The translations under genes and the position numbers were made by a program. Shown in pieces: positions 46,898 through 57,466 of a stretch of DNA of 64,000 bases. Under the pieces are notes generated by a model. That model was not told the origin of the DNA, did not search any database, and saw only the letters and a program-made list of their open reading frames with translations. The DNA is from Elsinoe ampelina. Taxonomy: Eukaryota. The stretch is from contig ML992502.1 in assembly GCA_010093995.1 (NCBI GenBank), positions 2,364,728 through 2,428,727 on the forward strand. Reading direction: 5' to 3'. How positions within the stretch are numbered: position 1 is the stretch's first letter; every line of letters begins with the position of its first letter.

Positions 46898-47629
46898 GAA
46901 ATCACCCTACCGCGTATGTGTTTCGCCAGCGCCGCGTAAGCCTGGCGTCCTCCCATGTCAATTGCATCTCCGGTATCGCATTCCGGTATGCCGACAGCGG
47001 AGAAGCATGTGAAGGATGCGCTCAAAGGTAGTCGGAGAAGAGCTGCCACCACAGGTGTGGTGGGACAAGAAACTGCATCCTCCAGGAGAACTGTCTGTGT
47101 ACTGTACCTGGGATCTTTGTCCCGCGCAGGCAAGTGCTGGCAGCCCGGCTTTTCCTCTTTTGGTCCAACCGGTGCTCGGCGAGGGTAAAAGAGGCCCGTG
47201 AGTGACGGTGAGGCGCTCCTGAATCAGAGATCAAACGAGACGGCGTCAACAAGGCCCCAACCAAGATCCAACAAGGGTGCCAGCGAAGGAGCGAGTCTTG
47301 CTCAAGATGCATCGTTCATGGCCAGGCGGGTGTAGGCCTTTCGACCGCCATTCGCTGCCTTCCATGACCAGCGCGGGTATTAGTGACAATGCAATCTAGA
47401 CCTGTCATTTACAGGGTACAACAGCCGCGTGACTGAACTCTGCCATTTTTCAATTAAAATAATGTTGTTGCCATGTCCCAGAAACACAAAACCCTTGCTC
47501 GTCTTTCCCACGATTCGATCTCTGGTCGCTCTACATTGAAGGTCGGACCGCGCCGGAATCTGTATGATTCATTGCGCCATCACCCACTCTTTTTTCCTTG
47601 GGATCCTTGACCTCGGACCTCGATCTCCC

Positions 47630-47638
47630 ATCAGATAA
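47630..47638 (+). promoter_or_regulatory. Putative SreA/Sre1-type iron-responsive GATA box (ATCWGATAA)
   Basis: Exact ATCAGATAA ~70 bp upstream of the siderophore transporter ATG (47709). Confidence 0.65.
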
Positions 47639-47708
47639 GATATTCTTCCCCTGCTCATCGTCAACCCAGCCCTGGTTTAATGAGGAGCGCCGTTTTCGAC
47701 TGCTGAGC

Positions 47709-49675
47709 ATGTTTTCTCGTCAACATGCCACGGATCCAAATGTCATCAGCGAGGCCTCACCTCTGATCCCTCGCGACGACGAGCGCGATTATCCTTTTCC
47801 CCGGAGGAGGTTGAGCGATCATGGCGAGCGTCGAGTTGAGACGTTTTCGGTATGGTGAATTGCCACAGGACGATGATACGTCGAGTGCTCATGTTACGCA
47901 GGAGCGCGGCAGCGACTATGGATCCGAACCAGGCTCATCGTCAAAGTCGGTATCGTCGCCGGCATCCAAGAGAGCCATCAACATAGTATATTTTGGGTAT
48001 CGTCGGGCGCATTCTTGTTGGCGCTCTTGGAGTACTGACCTGGACCAGCGTACTTCTTATCGGATCCATTAAATCTCTAGAGGAGCAGACGACATTCAAT
48101 TTTCTGCCGGTCGCAACAAGCTCTTTCAAGGCGCATTCATTGCTTGCGACCGTCGCGGTCGTCCAATCAGTCACACTTGCAGTCATCAAGCCACCCATCT
48201 CCAAGGTTGCTGATGTCTTTGGTCGTCTGGAGGCCTTCGCCCTGTCCATGCTCTTCTACATCATCGGCTATGTCATGCAAGCATCCGCAGATGATGCCGC
48301 CGCTTTCATCGTCGCCACTGCATTCTACGCTACTGGACAGACCGGCGTTCAGATATTGTCACAAATCGTCATCGCCGACATAAGCGACCTGCTCGACAGG
48401 ACTATTCTCTCGAGTTTCCTGGATGTACCTTTTATGCTCAGCGTCTGGATTGGACCGGTCATTGCTCAACTCATCCTCAAGAACCTAACGTGGAGATGGG
48501 GTTATGGGATTTGGGCCATCATCGTGCCCATCTCATTCATCCCATTGGCCATATCACTATTCTCACACCGCCGTGATGTGAAGCAAAGAGCTCAGTCGCC
48601 TAAGCCACCGGCTTTGAGCAGCCTTTCGCATCAGCTGGATCTTGTTGGCCTGATACTCCTGGGAGGTGCCATCACTTTTATCCTCATCCCACTCACACTC
48701 CATGCACACGCCTTTGAAGAACGAAGCAAGACCATGACTGGAGCCTTCCTGGCGCTTGGGTTGGCTTCTTTGCTGGGCTTGATCGTCTATGAGTGCAGCT
48801 CAAAGGTCGGACCGAACCCAATCATACCAGCACACCTGTTCAAGAGCCGCACCGTCGTCGCAGGCGTAGCCTTGGCCTTCTTCTACTTCATGGCTTTCTA
48901 CTTGTCGGTGTTACCATATTTCTATTCTTACCTACTGGTCGTTCACGATCAATCCGTCTCTGCAGCAGGTCACATCACCCAGATGTTCACCTTTTCATGT
49001 ACGATAGCCGCTGTGGCCGTATCATTCTGGATCAAGCGAAGTCGCAGGTATCGCTTCATCCTCATCTGTGGGTGCATTTTCTACAGCGCGGGTTTAATCT
49101 GGATGTGCTTCTTGAAGGAAGGCACATCGGTGATGATGCTCGTGGGATCTCAACTTACCCTAGGAGTCGGTGGCGGTCTCATTCATGGTCCTGCGCAGCT
49201 CGGTGTACAGGCTGCGGTGCGCCACCAAGATGTTGCAACGGCAACAGCGCTCTTCTTGACTTTCCTCGAGGTCGGCGGTGCAGGTGGTTCCGCCATCTCG
49301 GGGTCCATCTGGAGTGGTACCCTTTTATCAAAGCTTGAGGAATATCTACCAGAAGAGACTGCCGAACACGCTGCCGCAATCTTCGGCGATGTCAATTTGG
49401 CCGCGACCAAATGGCCGATGGGTGACCCTACCCGCGACGCCATCAACCGCGCATACCAGGAAACCATCAGAAAGATCCTTTACGTTGCGGTCATTGTTTC
49501 GTTGGTCTTACTACCACTGGCCTTGGTGATGAAGAATTACAAGTTGGACGAGATCGAGCAAGAGAGGGGGGTACCAGTCCTTCGGCACCAGCCGACTTAC
49601 GAACAGCTCACCGTGAGTGAGATAGATGAGTCTGAGGCGTACAGCAGACGATCCTCGACTTCCACAATCAGATGA
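47709..49675 (+). CDS. MFS siderophore-iron transporter (SIT/ARN family), 2 introns
   Basis: SLEEQTT...ATSSFKAHSLLATVAVVQ, KPPISKVADVFGRLEAF, WRWGYGIWAII, QAAVRHQDVA, YQETIRK; many TM segments. Introns approx 47850-47901 and 47997-48048. Confidence 0.88.
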
Positions 49676-50447
49676 TTGGTGACGACGATATACTCGGGTT
49701 CGGAAATTAGGGCTTCAGGGCATTAGCGCTTGGGCATAGCGATTCAGGATTTATGACGAAGACCACGAACTCTTTTTCCCATTTAGCGTAGACCATGACG
49801 AAGACAGCGACATGTAACCGGCCCTTTCCCATTTACCCCGAACTTTTGCCAGACTTTTGCCAGCATCTTTCGCCCACAGATGACCCTCTACAGTCGAATT
49901 CGCTTCAAACGAGCCACCCCCGGGCTTGGCGATAGTTTATGCCGACTTTGCATCACTAAAATTTGGTGGCCAGAGGTCCAGATAGAGTACCGTCGAATTA
50001 AAGCTAAATTGAAGCTCTAAAAAGGTGTAATAATAGCTATACTACTTAAATTAAAGTGTTACTATTATAGTTAACTATTGGATTACTCTAATTAAGCTAG
50101 TAGAGGTGTATATCACAAAATCCCTAACGCTAGAGAGCTACGTTAGACTACTTCTAAGCAACTAACTTAGTTTAACTTAGTTTAATATAATTCTCTAGTT
50201 ACCTCTAGGTCCTACTTAGAAGTAATATAGTTTTTCCCCGTAGAAATCTAAAACCCCTAATATATAGTAAATAGAGATAGCCTAATAGTAGATAGTGTAC
50301 TACGTGTATTTCTTATCTTAGTTTAAGCATTTCTTAGTTTATAAAGTAATTAGTTTATATCTACTTTATAAGCTTAATAATATTAATTATAGAAATATTA
50401 CATTATATAGCTTACCTTATAGTATATATTATATATGTCTATATATT

Positions 50448-50910
50448 TGTCACGAACTGTCTAAACATAGCCTACGCTAGTAGTCTAAGCTAAGCTAGGA
50501 ACGAGGTAGTTCTACTTCTATAGTAGTATAGCACTAAGGTAAGAGTTAGAGAAGATATATCTTATAGATAATAAAGTACGATTAGATAGTATTACAAAGG
50601 CTAGCCTTAGTAATACTAGTGTTTACTATCTAGACGAGGTTAACTATAGTACTTATATAAGGTAAGGACTATTCCTATATACATATATTCTCTATTATAT
50701 TCTCTATGTACTCTATGTACTTCGTAGCGAGAGTCGAAGGTAATATAGAGTACACGTCCGCTAGTAACCTACGTACTCTATAGTTTTAGAGGCAGAGCTA
50801 CTAGAGAAGATAGAGAACTAGGTAAATGTTAGGCTAGGTTACGTAATAATCTCGGCAGCTTAATTAGTCCTAACGTCCCTACATTCTAGCTGTCCTACTA
50901 GTTTATAACA
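50448..50910 (-). repeat. 3' LTR
   Basis: Plus strand TGTCACGAAC...GTTTATAACA; aligns colinearly with 57004-57466. Confidence 0.95.
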
Positions 50911-50984
50911 TTACTCTCCTCCTTTAATCGAGTTGTCCTAATAAGTAAGTATTCTTCCTTATCCTTATACGCTATATACTAAAT

Positions 50985-51520
50985 ATGCCTCCTAGTTATC
51001 GAAGGTATAGCGAATCTAGTATATCCGTACGAAAGAATCTCTTAGAGTTTATTAAACTATTTAGAACTAACATGCCGCAGGCTTATTCTCGTTATAAATC
51101 GAAGGGGCTAGACTACAAGGTCTATGTTTAGTTAGGTATCTATAGCTAGTATGTCGTAAGTAACTACTTAAGTTATAATATTTAGGTAATAAAATTAGAA
51201 TAGTAGTGTCTTTAGTCTAAGTATATTCGTTTACGAAAGGAATTAGTTATAGCTAAGGCTACTAGAAGGGAAGCTAAAGAAGCTTATAAAAAGGCAAAAA
51301 AGGCTTATTAAAGAGCTATAGGTAATAAGCTTCGCCTACGCGAAGAGATACAAAAGTTAGAGAACAAGGCGGAAGAAGTAATCTCTCTAGAAGAGACTTA
51401 TATTCGAGTCTTAGAGTAGGAGGAAATACTATCGTTAGTAAATCCCGTCCTACTATAGGACTAGTAGTTATTTATGCCCGACTCTAATTAGAGTTCCTTA
51501 CTTAGTAACAATTAAGGTAC
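50985..51520 (+). pseudogene. Antisense accessory ORF of the retrotransposon: Zn2Cys6-like cluster plus coiled coil (RIP-mutated)
   Basis: In-frame Tyr codons at 51084, 51093, 51114, 51141, 51150 and 51174 give C-x2-C-x6-C-x8-C-x2-C-x7-C after reverting G>A; followed by a charged heptad region (RLRKEL...LRLREEIQKLENKAEE). Confidence 0.7.
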
Positions 51521-51599
51521 TTCTATTAGTTAAGCGATCTTCCTTAGACATTCTTGTTTTTGTTTAGTATTTAGAGTGCCGGGTCTATCTAGTTAGTTT

Positions 51600-54500
51600 G
51601 CTTAGGATAGGTTCTTAATCTAGTAATTTAGGATTGCTTACGAGGTAAGGTGCTCCTCTAGTTCCTATATTGCTTTACTATACTAATGTCCCTTCTAGTA
51701 AATAAGATAGTAGCGTTTCCCTTTTATAAGTTTATAACGTAAAACCCTTTCTATCTTATACCGTGGCTCCTGTATTTCTTCCTCTAGTTCGATAGGTCTA
51801 GGTATAGCATTCTATAGTGCTTTCTCTAGTAGTAATATATAAAAGACTAGATAAATCCTTATATATCTTAGTAGTTCTAGTTTATATACGTTCTTGTTTT
51901 TCTTTTCTAGGATCTTAAAGAGTCCTAGTTTAGTATAGTTAAGTTTCTTACTTAGTTGTTTCGTTTTAATGTTTTTACTAAGGAGGTAAACTTTCTCTCT
52001 CTCCTATAGAATTAGTCTCGTAATTCTCTTCCGGTTAGTAAACTCTACTATTCTTTATAATATAAATGCTATATTATAGTATAGCTAGTCGTGTAGTTTC
52101 TTAATATTAGCTACTAGTATATTAGTATCCTTAGATACTAGCTTAATTCTAAGTATGTCGTAGTATAGATCTAGGTATATTCTATAGTTTACATAGAATA
52201 GTAAAATTCCATTTACTAACTTTCTATTGTTAACGGCGAGCTCTACGAGTAGTAATAGTGTTACCTATAAGTCTTACTCGTAGTTCAGGTAGTATCGTAG
52301 GTACTACTCTAGTACTTAATTTGCCTATTTAGTTTGTCTATCCGTTTATAGGTAAAAGGAGGTTAATAGCTTATGTTTAACTCCTAGTAGGTCTATAAAT
52401 AATTACTAGAATTGTAACGTAAATAGCTTATCCCTGTTAGTTATTAGGTCTCGTAGTACTTCGTGTTATAAAACAATTATTTAGAGAAAGGTAAAGGCTA
52501 TATCCTCGGCAGTTACTATTGTCTTATATAGGACAAAGTAGTAATACTTCGTAAACCTATCTACTAGGACTAGAATACTATTATACTTTGCACCTATAAG
52601 AGGTTCTTCTAATAGTAGTAGAGGTTCTATAAAGTCTATCGTAACTAATTACTATAGTTTGTCTAGTGGTAGCAAGAGTTATAGTAGGCTATATAGTCTA
52701 TATCGAGAGTGCTTAGACTTATAGCATGTATCGCAGGCAGCGATATATATCTTAACATCGTTTCGGAGTTCTTTCTAGAGGTAGTTTTATGTAATAAGTT
52801 TAATAGTCTTATTAATCCCGCTATGTCCCGCTATTAGGTTATTATAGTGTATTTAAATAACTTCTTTCTTCCGTTCTTACGTAAGCTCCTAGGTAAGGCT
52901 ATATAACTACTCTACCTTCGAGTGCTTATAGACTAGAGCGCCGTCCTACTACTTTAGTATAGAGGCCTCTATTATTGTTATGTTTTTTAAGTAATCCGGC
53001 CGGCGGCTAAGAGCGTCTACTCTATCGTTCTCTAATTCCTTAATATAGTAGATCTAGAAGTTATAGCTTATAAGTGTTTCTAACTATCGAACCTATTGTC
53101 TATTAAGAACCTTAGTTGTTGTCTAATATAGAAGGTTCTTATAGTCGGTGTAGACTTATACGGGTAAGGTTGTCCCTTCTAGGTATACTCTCTATTTGCG
53201 GAATGCTTCTATAATCGCGAGTAATTCCTTGTCGTGTATATCGTAGTTAAGTTTAGGTCCGGTCATTTTTCGTAAGTAGTATATAATTAAGCAGCGTCGT
53301 TCTTCTACGCCCTTCTACGCTAGATACGCTTCTATCGTAAAGTCCGAGGCATCCGTTTCTAGTAGTACTTATCGGTCTAGGTCGAAGAGTACTAGGACAG
53401 GTACTATTATAAGCCTAAGCTTTAGCTCCTTAAAGGCCTACCTACACCTCTTGTCGAAGATAAAGCTAGTTTCCTTTTTCGTAAGGTTAGATATTAGTAT
53501 AGCTACCTTAGAGAATCCTTTAACAAACTTATAGTAGTAGTTAAAGAACTCTAGTAGCGCTTAAACCTCCTTAACTGTCGTAGGTTCCGGCTAGTCGTTT
53601 ACTGACTTAATCTTCTTTAGATCGGGTCCGATGCTATTAGTAGATATAACATAGCCTAGAAATTGTATCTTATGTTTATAGAACTTATACTTAGAGAGTT
53701 TCACTAGTAGGTCTTTTTCTTTTAGTTTCTATAGCACTTTATAAATATGTCCTACATGTTTGTTATATATCTTTAAGAAGATAATAATATTATCTAAATA
53801 TGCTAAGATAAAATTGTTAAGGTATTCTTATAGAGTGTTATTAATTAACTCTTAGAAGGTTATAGGAGTGTTAGTTAACCTAAAGGGTATAACGAGGTAC
53901 TTATATAGACTCTATTACGTTCTAAAAGCTATCTTCTACTCCTTGCCCTTCTTTATTTATACTTGATAATAGGCGTCCCTAATGTTAATTACGGTGAACT
54001 ATTTAGCTCTAAGTAGTCGGTCTTAAAGTTTGTTAATCCTTAGTAAGGGATAGCAATTCTTCCTAGTAAGTGCATTAAGTTTCTAGTAATTAATGTATAT
54101 TTATAATGTTCTATCCTTTTTTAGTACAAAAAGCACTCCGTATGTAATAGGTAATTTTAATAGTCGTATAAATCCTTTAAGTAAGTGCTTATCGATATAG
54201 TTCTTAAGGATATTCTTCTCTTGTTTCGATAGTAGTATAAGACCTTAATAGTGTATCGGGGATTTACCTTCTTTAAAAGGTATTTCGTAATTCTATAGTT
54301 TATATTAGAGTAAGGCTACGATACTTTCTCTTTCTTTAAATAAGTCCTCGAAGTCTTTATATTCCAGCGGAAGTACTTAATTACTTACGCTAGCGATAGC
54401 TCTAACTATTAGTCGTATCTATACTGTCCTTATAGTTAGTATCTATAGAGCTAATTATACTCTCTACGTTCTATAATTACACTTAGGAAATTCAAGTGTT

Positions 54501-54830
54501 CCTTTAATCTAGTCTACGTCTAGATTATGTTATTAAAGCTAGTCTATACTAAGTACTATATTATACTACATGTTAACTATATTGATTAATTATTTTTCTA
54601 TATATGTTCTAATTTAGATTATAACGTTTTATAGTTCCTAAGTAACTTTCCCGTCCTTCCCTATAGAGGTTCTATCCGCTATAGTAAGTAGGTAAGGTAA
54701 CTCCTTCTAGTGTTAATAAGGTTTAAGCTAATTAGCAACTATTATAGAGACGTAGCTATAGTTAGCTCCTAAATCTATTATTGCTCTTACCTTACTCTCT
54801 TATATTTCGACTTCTAGTATAAAGTAGTTT
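51600..54830 (-). pseudogene. pol (protease, RT, RNase H, integrase, chromodomain) remnant
   Basis: AIIDLGA (~54770), FTVINIRDAYY...AFRT...YLVIPFRLTNTP...AYLDNII (RT; YLDD read as YLDN), LETDASDF, NYDIHDKELLAI, DALSRRPDY, AGHSG/CDTC, VDRFTK, chromodomain YKIERVL...YLIY*KG...I*ELEEHL (~51650-51780). Confidence 0.92.
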
Positions 54831-56079
54831 AACATGTAGATCTTTATTATATTAAGGCTTTAGCTAGTGTTATTATCTTGCCTTATTAGGCGACAACTAG
54901 CTAGTTTTTTGTTATTGTAGCTCCTTAGATAAGTAGCTAATCCCTTCCTACACGTATCTACTATTAGTACTATATCTATTAGGCAAGTTGTGTTTTGTTA
55001 CTATTTAATATAGTAAGGTAAACTTCTAGCGCCTAAGTCCCTTAGTAACTATAAAGTCTAATAATTCTCTACTAGTTGTACTAAGTAGTGTTATATACCT
55101 ATATAGGTATAACTATTCCTTCTAGGTGTAGCTAGGTATTAGTATTAAAGACAAAAACAAGTTATATAGATTCGTCTTGTCGCGTCCTATTCTAGTAGTA
55201 GATGTATATTATTATATAATTCCTCTATATCCCTATAAGGTATGCTTTAAGTCGTCTGCCCGATAGTAGTACGTTATTGTCGTCGTTATCGAATAAGTCC
55301 TTATCTATATTATTATATCGTAGTTATTTAGTGTATTCTTCGTTATATTTCTCTTTATCGCTGCTGCCCCTAGTATAGTTACAGTTAGTAAGGCTACACT
55401 AAGTATATTCTTTTACTTAGCTATAGGGAATAGTACTACCTATCTTAATTACTAAGAAGTCTATAGTATATTTAAGACTAATAGCGTCTTCTCCGAGTAT
55501 ATCGTATAAGTAGATAGTATAGTACTATTCGTAATCTAGATTTGTACATTTCTAGAGCAATATATAATACGCCTTTCCTTATAGTTCGCTATAAGAGCTA
55601 AAGGTAAGACTACTATATTATTACGTAGCACTTGCGTCTTAATACTTTATCTCGATAATCGTATATTAGTAATTGTCACTAACTACCTTCTAAGGTTAGT
55701 TAATGTTACTACTAATTATAGAGAGCCTTTCTAGGTTAAGCCTCTAGTCTAGCTATTTTGTTAGTTATCTACGCTTAGATAGCTTATATAGGAACTAACT
55801 AGATCTCTGCTTGTCTAACAAGTAAATATAATAAGAGTTATTATAACATGCTATCTATAATAGTGTCGCGTGTTAGCTTTATTATTCGCTATTAGTCGTA
55901 GAGATATTAAGTATAACATCCGGAGAGAATTCTATTACCTCTCGAGTTGTCGTAGATCTCTTCTATATTTCCTTACCTACGCTAAAGGTCGTTAGGTCTT
56001 CTATAGTAGTATCGGCCTTTTTTTTCTACTAGCCCGGTAACTATTATATATAATCCATCGGCTAGCGCCCCTTGTCGGT

Positions 56080-56887
56080 AGTCTCTAGCCTAATGCCTAG
56101 GTCTTTTACACTTAAAATATAGATTATCTTGTCTATACTTCTCTCTCTCTTTTCTACTAAGGAACTTTCCTCTACGACCGTAGCCTTATACCTATAAGGA
56201 GTAGCCTTCGTGTATAGTATTAAGTTCTATAGAGTCTCTATAGTTTCGAGAGGAACGTATATATCCGGTATTTACCTTATATTCCCTATAACGTTCTATA
56301 TGTCGTTTATAAAGTCTATTATTAATAGCAATTACGGTGTTTACTAGTTCCTAAAGGCTATCGAGCGGCTTAAGTATTATTTAGTCTTTGACCGAGTCGC
56401 TTAGTCCTTAATAGAATACTAAGTGTTTAGTACTATTGTTCTAGTCTAGGTATATTACGAGTTGTTAGAACTAGGAATAGTACTAGGCTATAGACCTATG
56501 TTGTTATAATTGTTAAATCTTCGTCGCGGCGATGCGTTCCTTGTTAGATATGTTAAAGACTTACTTAATCTTTGCCTAGAAGATACTAAAGCTCTTAAAG
56601 ATAGCCTTTATATCTAGGCCTAGTTGTCTATCTAGGTAGCTACTTATATAAGGCTTAAACTACCCGAAGGTAGCGCCCTTAAGGTGTATCCCGGCATAGA
56701 GAACCTTTGCCGCGTCGTTACTATACTTGTCTCTCTCTAGAGCGAAGAAGGCTTTAAGTTAAACAAGGAAGTGCCTTAAGTAGGCGCAGTCCCTATAGAA
56801 GAGTTCTACCTCTAACTTAGGCCTACTCTGTCCTTCTATACTAAAAGACCTTCTATGTTCGCTCGAGGTTAAACTAGTAGTAGACAT
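56080..56887 (-). pseudogene. gag remnant
   Basis: ATG at 56887; ELFYRD...LRHFLV*LKAFF...AKVLYAGIHLKGA; degenerate CCHC knuckle NLYFKCKRPRH*ARDY (~56085-56130). Confidence 0.85.
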
Positions 56888-57003
56888 GTCGTTAATAGTA
56901 AGCTTTCCTAGCTTACTAGCGATTAAAGATGCTAATAGTAACTTAGAGCAAGAGTTACTTATTAACCTCGTAGCGTGCTATACTATAGTAAGGGTAGTTA
57001 AAA

Positions 57004-57466
57004 TGTTATAAACCGTCTAAACATAGCCTACACTAGTAGTCTAAGCTAAGCTAGGAACGAGGTAGTTCTACTTCTATAGTAGTATAGTACTAAGGTAAGA
57101 GTCGGAGAAGGTATATCTTATAGATAATAAAGTACAATTAGATAGTATTATAAAGGCTAGCCTTAGCAATACTAGTGTTTGCTATCTAGACGAGGTTAAC
57201 TATAGTACTTATATAAGGTAAGGACTGTTCCTATATACATGTGTTCTCTATTATATTCTCTATATGCTCTATGTACTCTATAGCGAGAGTCGGGGGCAAC
57301 ATAGAGTACACGTCCGCTAGTAACCTACGTGCTCTATAGTTTTAGAGGTAGAGCCGCTAGAGAAGATAGAGAACCGGGTAAACATCGAGCTAGGTTACGT
57401 AATAATCTCGGCAGCTTAATTAGTCCTAACGTCCCTATATTCTAGCTATCCTACTAGTTCGTAATA
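57004..57466 (-). repeat. 5' LTR
   Basis: Plus strand TGTTATAAAC...GTTCGTAATA; ancestral termini TGTCACGAAC/GTTCGTGACA can be inferred from the two copies. Confidence 0.95.

Larger units (their letters stand above)
50448..57466 (-). mobile_element. Full-length Ty3/Gypsy LTR retrotransposon (chromovirus), RIP-inactivated
   Basis: Two 463-bp LTRs; 5-bp TSD ATATT (50443-50447 and 57467-57471); PPT AAGGAGGAGAGTAA (50911-50924, minus). Domain order on minus: gag, CCHC knuckle, PR, RT, RH, IN, chromodomain. Confidence 0.95.

Noticed and set aside
37280..49675. Secondary-metabolite or siderophore biosynthetic cluster
   Set aside because: No NRPS, PKS or ornithine monooxygenase in the window; only uptake-type genes.
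56980..57003. Primer-binding site or self-priming signal of the Gypsy element
   Set aside because: RIP-degenerate; neither tRNA complementarity nor a convincing LTR-complementary stretch could be established by eye.
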